A stretch of 64,000 nucleotides of DNA, from NCBI GenBank assembly GCA_028534125.1, contig CM052817.1, forward strand, positions 44,394,001-44,458,000, written 5' to 3'. The translations under genes and the position numbers were made by a program. The first letter of the stretch is position 1. The number at the start of each line of letters is the position of its first letter. Below are positions 24,660 to 36,395 of the stretch, one piece after another. Source of the stretch: Lama glama (lineage: Eukaryota). The notes beneath the pieces are model-generated. The model had not been told where the DNA came from. It worked only from the letters and a program-made list of their open reading frames with translations, and did not search any database.

Positions 24660-25960
24660 TCGAGAAGCTGCACTACAGCTTCCGGGACGGAAGGGGCAGC
24701 CCTAGGACCCACTGACTACACATACCTGGCGCTTGTCTGCGATGGGAGATGACCGTGACCTCATGTGGACAGGGACGGCACGGACGTCTGAGCGCTCCAG
24801 CAGATCCTCGGCCGACATGGACTTCCCAGCCCTCCCGGCCACGGCCCCCCACGGGGAGGGCTCTCCAGGGGTCCGGTCCAGCCTCTGGGGGCCCTTTGGC
24901 CCGCCGTTAGCTCCACCGAGCAGCTCTCTCGGGGCTTGGTCCCCACGGTGCCGGTCTCCAAAGAGGCGGCCACCGGCGAAGGAGCTGCTGCGATCTCGAG
25001 GGACCCGCGAGGGCTCCCCGCCACCCCCCACTGCGGCGGCCGGCAGGTGGGCGGCCTCCCTGCAGGGCGACAGGCTGGGCTCCCGCAGCGAGGAGAGGCT
25101 GGAGGCCGCAGCGAGGCCGGGGCCCTCGGGCGCCGCGGGCGAGGGCTGGAGGTAGGCGCTCTGGGCGCGCTCCCGCAGCGGCCGGGGCTCCTGGAGGCCG
25201 GCGGCGGGCCTCTTGCCGGTCTTGCGCTGAATGTAGTCGGCCAGGGCGCTCTGCTGGAACTGCTTCAGCTCGGGCCCGGACAGGCTGAGGGTCGAGCAGG
25301 CCCTGCCGTCGCGCTCGAAGATACGGCGCCGGTCAGCCACCGAGTTCTCGGCGAAATGCGTCCCCTTCCTCGGAGGGCCCGGGGTCGCCGGATCGGCCTC
25401 CTCCAAGACCCCCACCTCGTGCATCTTCTCGGGTTCCGAGTACGAGCGTTTCTTCTGCTCGGGGGTCAGGCGCCGGCGTGCTCCTCTCCGGGCGGCGGGG
25501 GGCGCAAGCCGGGCTGGGTCGCCCTCGGCCGGGGTCACGCTGTGCCGCTCCCGCGGGGTGTGCGGGGAGGTGGAAACGCGCGCCTCGGGGCTCCGCAGCG
25601 CCACATGGGCCGAGGCAGGTCGCGGCTGCCTGGGCCTGGAAGCCACGGGCGTCCCCAACTCGAGGTCCCGGCGTCGAAAGGAGGTGGCCCCCAGGACACG
25701 GGACTGTGCATCCTTGATGCTATTCCGATAGGCGCGGCTAAAGGGGGCGTCTGGCACTGGCGACTCAGGCGACTCGGGCGTGCTAGGCCTCTCGTCCCGC
25801 CAGACAGCCTCCTTGTCGGCCTCGCTGAAGAGCTGGAAGGTGCTCTGGCTGCGGAGTAGGTGAGTGTCCTGCCTGGTGGCTTCTCCGGCTCGAAGTTGGG
25901 GGCCCCGGCCGCCTTCGGGGCCCCGGCCGCCTTCAGGACCCCGCCTCGGCTGTTGACCAC
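24660..25960. promoter_or_regulatory. Intragenic CpG island over the 3' part of exon 5
   Basis: Very GC-rich with dense CpG, in contrast to CpG-depleted introns. Judged by eye, not computed. Confidence 0.75.
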
Positions 25961-27954
25961 ACGGCTGCCAGGAAGCCTCTTCTGACTTCGGCTCCTCATT
26001 TTTGAAGTGCTGCTCCCCACTGCCTAGGGGTTCAGTGGATTCGGAAAAACGGATGTGGGCTTTTGTCTCCTCCAAAGGATTGGAAGTTGGAAATGTCCTG
26101 TTGGGCCTGTGGTTATAGGCATAACTCGAGCTGCTTCCCGCACTTGGGGGTCTCTGGCTCCCTTGCTCTCGCTGCTCGATCTTGGAAACCTTCTCCAGCA
26201 CTGAGCAGTGGGGCTTCCCATACTGAAAGCCCTGCGAAGTCGAGGCGCTGCTGGAGCTGAGCCTCCTTCGGCCCAGGCTCCATGTCTCCTGGGGGCGTGG
26301 GGAGAGCGGCTCTTCATACCCTGGGTCTGAACTGTGGAAAGAAGCCAAGGCACTAGTTCTCCCCTCTGGCCTTGGACAAGAAATTGACCTGTCCAGGTGG
26401 CTCCTGTGATCAGGAACAACTTTCCTTCCAGAGTCCTCTGCCTTGGCATTGACTGCACAAGTCGGCCAGCCACCCAGGTAGACATCCTGGGCTCCCCCTC
26501 CTAAATCTAGGCTGCTCTGCCTTCTTAGACTCTCAGGAATGTTCTGGAGGGAGGAGAAGGCAGATTTGGCCTTGCCAAAGTTGCTTGGCATGCTCTGGCC
26601 TAGGCTGCCTCTCTCGAGCCTCCGCTGGAGGTTGGCATTATGGTCTTCATGAAAATCCCCCTCCCAAGGCTCTGAGGGCATGAAAGATCGCTTGTCTTCA
26701 CCCACGTGCCAGGCCTGAGCCTGAGGGGACTGGAGGCCATGGTAATGAGAGTACTTGTTGCCGTGGGAGCTCTTTCTCTCACTGGGAAGTGGGCTGTCAC
26801 CCTGGAGAGGTGTGAGGTGTCTCTTCAGGGAGGTCTCCTCCTCGTTTTCAGGCACTGAAGGGAAATGGACTTTGTAGGGGACACATTTGGCTGAAGTTTC
26901 GGGTCTCCTCTCTACTGGGGACACGGAGTCATGTTCTAGGGGCTGGCAGAAGGCAAAGCCAGGCCTGCTAGAGCCATTTTGGTTCCCATTCTCGTCGAGG
27001 GCAGCCATCTTGTCGCAAACTCCCTGGGGAGTGGTGTACCCGCCCTCCTTGGCCAGTGCAGGGTAGAGCGTGCCATTACTACTCACGGAAGACTGGGGCA
27101 CCTGGGCGAAGTGTGGCTCCAGGGCAGGTACCGGGTAGATGCCAGTTGGCAGCAGAGGTTGGCCGGGCTGGGCCTTCTGTGTGTAATTATGCTTGGGCCT
27201 CACGGGGGGGCTGTTTTCTGGACTCTTCTCTAGCACCGTATGCAGCTGTTCCTCCATGAAGGGAGATTTCAGGGTGCCTGCAGAGTTGGCCTGAGGCCGG
27301 CAGGACCGTTTCTGATCAAGGTTGGACCAAGAGCCGGGCCGTTCCCGCTGCCGAAAGGCGGCATAACTGTCACTCCGAGCCGGGGGCAGAGGTGCGCCCA
27401 CTTTAGGAGGCAAGTGGTCAGCGGCGGTCTCCAAAGAACTGGGGCACTGCTGGCTCCAGGAAGCGGGTGGCGCTCCCTTGCCCCGAGGAACATTATGCCA
27501 TTTATCATAGCCCTGACCATCTGTGGATGCTCGGGTGTCCCTAGCTTGGAGAAGGAGGGCTGAAGAGTTCACCTCATACTCGGCTGAGACTCCCCTCCGG
27601 GGGTCATAGACTGTCTTGACATAGCGAATGTCTGCCTGCCTCATCCCTTCTAGGAGGCCACCTCGAGCAGAAGTGGTGTCCAGGGAGCCTGAGCGCTCCC
27701 GGCCAGAGACGCCTGGGGGCGGATACTCAAGGATGCTAGAACTGGTGGAGAAGGAGCTGTAAGCCGAGTCTCTCTTGTTATGGAGGTGGCTGAGCTGGTC
27801 GATGCTGCTGGTGGACTTGGCCGGGGAGAGAAGGTGGCAGGGAGGGTATCCCCCGCTGGGCTCCAGGCTCTCCATGCTCCCCTGGGAGCTGCACTGGTCA
27901 GGGCTCCGCCTCAGATAAGCATGGTCATAGTTGGAGAGGTCACTGGTAGAGGAG
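24726..27954 (-). CDS. SHROOM3: SHROOM3 giant coding exon (exon 5 equivalent, 3229 bp) including ASD1
   Basis: Acceptor ctctcttccag|C TCC TCT ACC and donor CGC CAG|gtatgt; phase 2-0. Overlaps the 1057-aa ORF 24702..27875. Shroom motifs present: KRDSAYSSFS, PPARSDSYAA, YRNSIKDAQSRVLGATSFRRRDL, KKRSYSEPEK, VADRRRIFE, GKSMSAEDLL. Confidence 0.97.
25205..25740 (-). other. SHROOM3: ASD1 (Apx/Shroom domain 1, F-actin binding) coding segment within exon 5
   Basis: Runs from RAYRNSIKDAQSRVL through RLTPEQKKRSYSEPEK and SVADRRRIFE to LKQFQQSALADYIQRKTGKRP. Boundaries are approximate. Confidence 0.85.
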
Positions 27955-30219
27955 CTGGAAGAGAGGGAGGCAAAGCAGTCAGCACTGAGCTGCTAGCATT
28001 CAGCAGGCTTATAGGCACAGGACCCAGCTTATAAATGTACTCTTGTGCAAGATGTTTGGTTTCTGGAAGGGTCAGGGAAAGGGCCATATTTGGGCCTGAC
28101 TCGGCCTCCCTACGTGTCGTCACTAGGAGTAATTGCCCAACACCGTAACCTGTGTGCCTCTAATTAATCACCCAGGCTCACCAGGGGAGAAGTGGGGAGA
28201 ACAAGGAAGCCAGGTGGCCTTCGGGCACAGGCAGCACATTGATGTGATTTGTTATGTGCCAGGAGTAACATTCTGCATAGACCAAGAAATGCGAGAGGTG
28301 GGTGAGGAAAGAGGCGAGGGACGGAGACTGCATTTTGTGTCCCTTGGGGCAGGCTGTGGGAAGAAGGGGGAAAGCTTAGTAAGAGACCAGGCACGCGCCT
28401 GGGTGAGGGAGACTCTGCACATGTACATGGTTTTAGTTAATATCTTTCCTTTTTATGGAATTGAACGGCTACTCTCTGGCAATCTTCCTGGAATCCCAAC
28501 TGTACAAGAGACAATTTGTTTGTGGTGAGAAAGCCAAACATGAAACTGAATGAGAGAAGGACAGAGAGGGAGATAAGAGTCAGAAAGAGCAGACGAGAGA
28601 GAACGAGAGGGAGGCCCAGTCACAGGAGGCTCCTGGGTGCTGGGCATCCATCACCCGTGGACGACTTTCAGAGTCTGGGCACAGTCTCATACACTCAGAC
28701 GGTAACACTTTCTCTATCACAGGCTCCTCCAGGTGATTTTCAGAGCCTGCCTGGGGGAGGCGGAATGACTCTGACTCCTGGCATCATACACCCCAGAAAG
28801 TTGCCTGGAACAGAATTACTTGTAATTAGCTTTAATTACAGTTTCAAAATATACTTCCCCAACATGCTGGGGGAGGAGGGACATAGATATAGGAAGGAAT
28901 CAGTAGTTCAGAAATCAAATAGCAGTCTCAACAGTTCACACGTTTGTGGCTCACTATTCCCTAAAGAAGAGTAAAGAAGAATTAAGAGCTCTTGCCTAAG
29001 GTTTTCCATTTTTAAATGACTAGGCAGCCAGGCACGATTAAAATTCATGGAGCTATTATTATATTTCTAGATCTCCTGTAAGTGAATGTGGTGTCTCACT
29101 GGCCCAGGATATGGCAGTGCTGAATGGCTGGACTGTCTCCAGAGTATGTGGGAAGAGACTAGAAGGATCATATTCTGAGTCAAAACTGGTACAAGAATTC
29201 AAGGAAAAGAAGACTACATTTTCATCAACTCACCCCAAGAAGGTAATTTTTCTCTGTCAGAGGAAGTGAACTCACTTTCTGGAACATCCTGCTTTGGGAG
29301 GGACAGGTGTTAAATTCAAGGGAGAAAGGAAGGGGACAGCTCCCGAGCCAACCAGATGAGGGAAATCAGTCCTGGCACTCAGTGGCACGGCAGATGTCAC
29401 CGCCAGCTTTTACCCGCCACGCTCCCCTCTATGTGAAGAGGCTGTGTTGAAAATGCACATGACAAGGCTCAGTTGAGGATAATCCCATATGACCCACTTC
29501 TGCTTCCCTTTATCTCCTCAAACAGAAGATTCAGTGCTAATACTTCGAGGGGACCTGGAAGCAGTTGATCCCACAAGGGCTGTTTCGCTTACCAGTTCCA
29601 TGCAGGTGGTAGACACCACTAAATCCTCCTCCCAACTGCTAAGAATTTTAGCAGTCTTTCATTGAAAGGATAATTCAAATCTAATTTAGGAACGTGCAAA
29701 AAAAAGTCAAAGTGTATTAACTGACGGGTTAACGGAAGCACTACTAAGTGGGAGGAAATGTCGTCACCAACTTACTTCAAAATACAGATGGTGTCTGGAA
29801 ACATGAAGTCACCGGCGTACATGTCTCTAGCCAGGCAGCGGAAGGGTAGAGTGGGCTCCATCCCATAGCCAAAGGAAACTGAACCCACCAATCCTCAGAT
29901 GGAATGCATCACCTGAGGACTGTGACATGCTCTTCCCTGCTTTTCAGGGAATTCCCATTCCTGAGTCGACTGGGGACCATGACGAATGCCTTGTGCCATG
30001 CCATGGAGTGTCCTGACATGACCCTCTAGGAATAAGGTCTTCTACCACATTCTGGGAGCAGCCACTCTGATTACCCTCACCATTCCTGCTTCCAAGATGG
30101 CACTCTCAATGAGGCTTAAAAAGAACATGGCATGAAGGTCTTCAGTCCCTGCAACAGTCCCAGCCCACACAGAGATAGCCTTACTATCAAGATGAGTGTG
30201 TCGAGTGTGTCAGAGTTCC

Positions 30220-31082
30220 TGCTGTGTGTGGTGACCTCTCCAACCTCATTTTCTATTGCCCTCCTTCTTGCTCACTGACAGCCTACTCACAGTCCCTCAA
30301 ACCCATGAGATATATTCCCGTGTCAGGGTCTCAGGGCCTCTGTACTCGTTGTTCCCACCACAAGGAATGCTCTTCACCTGGCTCACTCCTTTCCTTTAGT
30401 CAAGTCTCTGCATCACAGAAGACTTCCTGGAACTCACTATCTAAAAAGCACCTCCTCTCTCCTTACTCCCTGTTACTCTGCTTTATTACCTCATAGCACT
30501 TTCCACTTCTTGATATTACATCACATCCCTCTGCTTGTATGAAAGAGACTTCCATTGTATCTATGATGTTTAAGATCTGAAGCAAATACAACTAAAAGTT
30601 AGTTCTGTGGTAGAGCCAAGCATCCTTAGAATGTTACTCTATTTTATGTTTAAAAGTATTTTCTACGTACTTAAAATACAGCAAAGAGCACAAAGCGAGT
30701 ATATGAAAACATTTCCTAAAGTGCATTCCCAAAACATTAATTCCTTAGATGATCAGATATGTTTGGAAAACACTGGGATAAATAAGTTAAATAACTGTAG
30801 TTACTCTAAGACTTCTGAGTCCTTAATAAACTATTGTTCACATGATGTTTTTAAGGGAAAATATACTAAGGAGAATTTTCTAAATGTATATGACCCTAGA
30901 AATTTTTTCTAAGGCACATCTAATGGATTATTATTCTATGGAACCCACCTGGGGAAACAATAAATATTACAGGGTGGGGGCTTTTTATGTCTTGTTCAGT
31001 CTTGTACCCTCAATAACTAGAAATCATCTGAGACATAGTAAGTACTCCACATCTATTTGTCAAAGAAATGAATCAATGAACA
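30220..31082 (+). mobile_element. LINE-2 3' fragments split by a probable hAT/Charlie-like insert (~30690-30960)
   Basis: ctcagggcctctgtactcgttgttccc..ggaatgctctt..ctggctcactcc, and tail catagtaagtactcc..atttgtcaaagaaatgaatcaatgaa. Confidence 0.55.
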
Positions 31083-32179
31083 CATACTGGTTCTTTAGAA
31101 TTTTGATACTGTTAATTCAGCCTCTTAGGAGGGGACTAGACTACATGACTTTAAGGTTTCTTCTTTAATACTTGAGGACCATTGTGAGATCTCTGTAGGA
31201 CAGCAAAAACTCAGCGACAAGGGTCTGACAGAAAGCGGCTGAAATACAATTTCTGTGAAATCCCAGATGCAAGCCAGCTTGCAGACAGTGAAAATTACAT
31301 GTGTTCAGTCTCTCTGAACACCTGTCCCTCTCTCCTCACTCCTGCCTCTCCCCACCCCTCGAGCTCCCTCCTCCTCCCGCTTTTTAATGAGAAACAGATC
31401 CACACATTTAGGACTGAGATGGGGTTTCTGGAACTAAATGAAGGCTGTCAGAGGAATGCCAACCCCCAGACCACTAGCTGCCACTGTGCTCCCCAGAAAT
31501 GTGCCAGCAGAGCTTCCCCATCTACAGTTGCCAAGGGCAGACTCTCCAAGCAGGCTCTAAGCTGCTGGAGCTGGAAGCCCGAGGCACGGAGTGAACAGAC
31601 CACAGAGTGCTTTGTGCCAGCGTCGAGGAGAATCCACACGTCAGTGTCACTTTGGGTGCTCTGAGCTCTCCGGTCTCCCTCTGTACCCTCTACAGAGCTT
31701 TTGCACTGACAGTCACCGTGTCACAGGGAGGCTGTTCTGAAGCTTGAACTGGATGACAGACTGGTAGGTACAGTACAAGATCCACCTGCCTAAACCCCTC
31801 TGGAGCTTGGGCCGAGAAGGAAACGGCGAGTGGAGAAGCTTCAGGATACCACAGTTCCGAGTCCACCTCCGCCGTCCTCCTGGGGCCTTCTGGCGCTCAC
31901 CAGGGCTCCTGCGAGCAGTTATTCTAAGCACTGGTTGCAGTTGCCTTATTTCTGCCTTTGGACTAGCATATTTTTTAGGTCACAGCATGTCTTCAGATTT
32001 CAGGCCTCCTAAGGTGAGGGGTTAGGAGGCTTCAAAGGGCCCCACTGTGTAGGGGTCCTCTGTTAACATGCACCTGCGTTCTATAAATATGAGCTGGTTT
32101 ATGCCATTTCTCTACTCTAGTTCATTACTAGGTTTCACTGTGCATCTAATAAGTCTTCAGCCTAATTATTATAGTAAGT

Positions 32180-32420
32180 TTTCATAGTTATCGAGTGTCT
32201 ACTACGTTCCAGGAACTACACTGAATGTTTTGCACGTTATTTTGTTTAGTCCTCACTATGATCCAGTGAGACATATATTATTAATTTCATTTTACAGATA
32301 AGGAAATCAAGATCAAAGAGGTTAAGTGGTTTGCTCAAGCTCATGCAGTAGGTGGTGAAGCTCAGATTTAACCCGAGGTCTGACTTAGAAGCCCAAGTAC
32401 CTCACCATCACGCTGTGCTT
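32180..32420 (-). mobile_element. MIR SINE relic
   Basis: cattttacagataaggaaatcaagatcaaagaggttaagtggtttgctcaag. Confidence 0.7.
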
Positions 32421-32799
32421 CCTTCACACTGTTAGGCTCCCAAAGCGAACGCTCTGAAGGTCTTCAACACCTCCACGCCCACAGAGCAAACGCTCTCTGC
32501 CTGTGTGGTGTGGGCCCTGCCAGGGGCTCTGGTCCCAGAGCACACATGGCTCAGACGGTGAGAATAAACTCTTTCAGGGTTACTGAGAGGGGCATGGGCA
32601 AGGGAGAGGAGTGTCTGTAACAAGGAGGGCAGCCAGGGAAGCATCGTAATATGCCGGGCGCCATGCCCACCCTTGAGAGATCTGGGATTTGGCCCTTGAT
32701 TTGAGCAGACATGAGTGTTAGGGGTTCTGAGTCCTGGCCAAATGCATAGCCACCATCTGTTAGTTAAGTAATCCTTCCAGAAGCCAACTCCCCGCTCCC

Positions 32800-33125
32800 T
32801 AATATGCAGCAGCACCTACATCTCATTCATGTAGGACCCATATTACCCTGACCCTCCAACCTCCCTACCACCACCCGTATCCAAGTACTTTCAAAAAGGG
32901 GTGAGTGACAGAGCCTGCCTCCCTGGAATCAGAAGATGGATGCAAATTCGCATGGCTCCAAGTCTGCAGTAAGTGTAGGGGCATCCTGACTTAGTTCTGT
33001 AACACGTCTGGGTGATCAGCCTTGGCCCCCTTCTCCCCAGTCCCCTTCAACTGTGTAAGCTCTAATTACTATAATAAATCTCTCCTCCCATAACCTGCTT
33101 TTTCCTGACAGACCTTGACTGATAG
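32800..33125 (+). mobile_element. Degenerate ERVL-type LTR fragment
   Basis: 3' end tgtgtaagctctaattactataataaatc...ccttgactgata resembles old ERVL LTR ends. Family not determined. Confidence 0.4.
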
Positions 33126-33836
33126 AGTGACTAGAAAAGCAGAGGATGTACAACTAGTTTAACTAGTACAGAGGAAGTATAGCCAGTGGCTACGGGCAGT
33201 GGTGCTGAAACCTGGCTTGGATGTGAGTCTTGACTAGGTTACTGATCAGACACTTGACCTTGGACAAACCCATCTCTCCAGCTTCTGCTTCCTGTCCTGT
33301 GAAACAGGGTTAAGAACACTGTATCTGTTTCAAAGGCATGTATGAAGGACCACATGAGATGACGTACACGCTGAACAGTTCTCAGTGTGTTAACTGCTTC
33401 AGTTGGAGCCAAACTGGATAACTGGCCTGAACGGAGGGAGAAAAACCAAGGGGCAGTTCAAATACTGAATACAATCATTGGGATAAAAAACAGATACATA
33501 TCTGTCTATAGAAGGAAGGACGTGAAGCATTGAGGGAGGGAGTCGTCAGTTTTTCTAGCACAGGTTATAATGTGTATGTGAGAAGGGTCTGACCGAGACT
33601 CGACAGACCCCATAAATATCTCAAATGGCTGGTCAGTGCTCGTAATAATCCTGGCCTCCCTCTACACCAGTTCTAGCCCAGGATGCGAGGATGACGCGTA
33701 CACACGTTAGGGGTTTGAAGATGAGGATGGTGGGGAGAGAGATTTAACACTCGGCATGAGTTTAAGAAAACAATCTTTTCTGGGAACAGGATATTTCAAA
33801 GTAAGAACCCCCTGGGCCTCAGCTGTGGCCACTTAC

Positions 33837-33968
33837 CTGGAATGGTAGCTTTGGGGCCAAGGAGTGCCAATCGTGCCCTGAGATATCTGCATCATGCTGG
33901 CATCGGGTTGGTTGTCCCCAAATTTGGTTGAATGCCAGGAGTGAGGTCGGCCCACAGGTTCACTGCGC
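33837..33968 (-). CDS. SHROOM3: SHROOM3 internal coding exon (exon 4 equivalent); contains the MMQISQG start of the short PDZ-less isoform
   Basis: Acceptor tctccccag|G CGC AGT and donor TCC AG|gtaagt; 132 bp, phase 2-2. Encodes RSEPVGRPHSWHSTKFGDNQPDASMMQISQGTIGTPWPQSYHS. Not in the ORF track because it is too short. Confidence 0.95.
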
Positions 33969-34227
33969 CTGGGGAGACACAGGAGAGGGGCCCCCGCATT
34001 AGGAGCATTCTCAGCCCATCTCTTTGCCCACCGGATTTACGGATTTGGAAGCAGACACTGCTGTGTCCTCAGAGAGCAAAAACAATCAGGTAAATACTGG
34101 CAAGTAGACCTTACTCATCATTGTTCTTCTCTGCTTTATTAGTATTTTCATTTTCCTTTTAATTTTAACATGATTTCAGTTACATACAAATATTGCAAAC
34201 TTAGTTTAAACAATTCCTGCATAAGCC

Positions 34228-34998
34228 CTAGTGCATTGTTGGTGAGAGTGCAAATTGGTGCAGCCACTATGGAAAACAGCATGGAGTTTCCTTTAAAAAA
34301 TTAAAAATAGAATTACCAATATGATCCAGCAATCCCACTTCTGGGTATATATCCAAAGACACTGAAATAACGATCTCACAGGGACATCTGCTTTCCTATG
34401 TTCACTGTAGCACTACTCACAATAGCAAAGATATGGAAACAACCTAAATATTAGTGGATAAATAGATAAAGAAGATGTGACTTATGTATACAACGGAATA
34501 TTATTCAGTCATGGGGAAGAAAAAAATCCTGTCATTTGCAACAACTTGGATGCATTATGCTAAGTGAATGAAGCCAGGTAGAGAAAGACAAATACTGCAT
34601 AATTTCACTTATATGAAGACTCTAAAAAGAACAACCCAGAAAAACAGAGTAGAGGGGTGGTTACCAGGGGTTGGAGAGAATGGGGAGATTTTGGTCAAAG
34701 GGTACAAACTTCAAGTTATAAGATTAACAAGTTATAGGGATCTAATGTACAGAGTGATTATAGTTAATAATACTGTACGTATACATACTTGAATGTTGCT
34801 AAGGGAATAGATTTTAAATGTTCTCATCGCAAAAAAGAAAGAAAGAAAGAAATGGTAACTATGTGACTGGATGGAGGTGGTAACTAATACTATGGTGGTA
34901 ATCATTTTGCAATTTATAAATGTATCAGATCAAGATGTTGAATAACTTAAACTTATACAATGATTGAAATATTAATTATATCTCAATAAAGATGGGAA
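34228..34998 (+). mobile_element. LINE-1 3' end (L1MA-like)
   Basis: gtgcaaattggtgcagccactatggaaaacagc, atgatccagcaatcccacttctgggtatatatcc, gggtacaaacttcaagttataaga, ending tatctcaataaag. Confidence 0.9.
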
Positions 34999-36239
34999 AC
35001 AATCCCACATGACCTTCACCTGGCTTTCCTACATGTTAACATTTTATGCTTTATTTAAAGCACATGGAGTTGCCTTGGTCTTTCTTTGCACTACTTACTC
35101 ATGTATAAATACGGGAGCAGTAATTCTTGCCCACCTCCCAAGGGACTTCGTGTGGAACTATGGTTAAAAGCTTTCTGAGGATTTTAAAATCCTGTCATAT
35201 CCTGATGCTGGATAAATGCTATTATTTTAATATCTTGGTAAGAACTACATAAAAATTAGCAGCTACTTTGGTATTAACACTGCTCCAGGCTGCACAGCAT
35301 AAACAAGATACTCTACAAAACAGTTTCTCATTTTGCAACTCAATGACTTCATTTTTAAACATTCTGCCCTTAGAACACAAAGAACTGACAAAGCCAAAGG
35401 GAAAAGTGGGTGTCTTTCAAACTGCAATCCTGAAGGGGAATTGGTAAGGAGGATTACACTACTATCGAAGGTCAGGGTCAGGAGAGAGTGGTTATGCTTT
35501 ATTTTTGGCAAAAAAAAAAAAAAATGAGGTAAGCGATCAAGCATTTTATGCTAAAAACTTTTGAATGGTAAGAATGTAAGGAAATCTTTCTGCAATTAAG
35601 AAGCACTTTTATGAGATCCAGGAATCCACCTTGATTTGCTGAAGGTGAAGCTGTAAATATCTATTCCTTTTCTATCCAGCACCAACCAATAAAATTTGAA
35701 GAGTGTTAAGTGTATCAGAATAATATTAGCCCAGGTGTCAGGAGATTTGGGTTCCTACCCTGACGTTATTAACTTGCTCTACGACCCTGTGTAGGTCACT
35801 CCCCAACTCGAAGCTTCTAAAATGAAGACATTAACCAAAGAGGCTGGATTAACATCATTTTAATCTGAAATAACTTTTAAAATGTCTAAGAGAGACACTG
35901 AAGGACTTGCCAAGAGATAATGATTTCCAAAACATACATATATTTCAATTTTCTGAAGAGCAGATATGGTGATGGGAAAATGGTCTTGTGTGAAGCAAAT
36001 GATCATTGGAGGCAAACAAGATTTTCAGCCATCATTCAATAAGTACCGAATCGAAGGCACCTAAAGGCAGGTGGACTAATATCTGGGTTGCTAGACAGGC
36101 CAGGCCAAGAGAGAAAAGTTGAAATCTCTTTTGATCGAATTCTGGAGTTGGAAAGAGGCTGGAATGTGTGGCTAAAGGTACCAGCTCCAATGTCAGAGAA
36201 ATTCTAATCCTAATACCCATTACCGGTTTCTTGGCTTTT

Positions 36240-36395
36240 GGATTTCAGTTAAGTTTCTTAACCGCTCTGAGTTTCCTCATCTGTAAACAGCAGACTATAA
36301 TAGAACCTACTCATAGGGGTTTATGTGAGATTAAAAATGAGATAATACACCCAGCACACAGTAAGAGCTCAATACATGTTAAGTATAATTATCAT
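36240..36395 (+). mobile_element. MIR SINE relic
   Basis: gagtttcctcatctgtaaa..ataatagaacctactcataggggtttatgtgagattaaa. Confidence 0.7.

Noticed and set aside
24733..25859. Long plus-strand ORFs (140 aa and 307 aa) antisense to exon 5
   Set aside because: Expected from very high GC content and antisense shadowing of a real CDS. The sequences are low-complexity with no recognisable domain.
24702..27875. 1057-aa ORF as a stand-alone single-exon gene
   Set aside because: It is one internal exon. The frame extends upstream to the acceptor at 27954, and the tail VCVVSGS is intron read-through past the donor at 24725.
29585..29615. Minus-strand ATG GAA CTG|gtaagc mini first exon
   Set aside because: The ATG frame is phase 0, incompatible with the phase-2 exon 5 acceptor, and the phase-2 frame has a nearby upstream stop.
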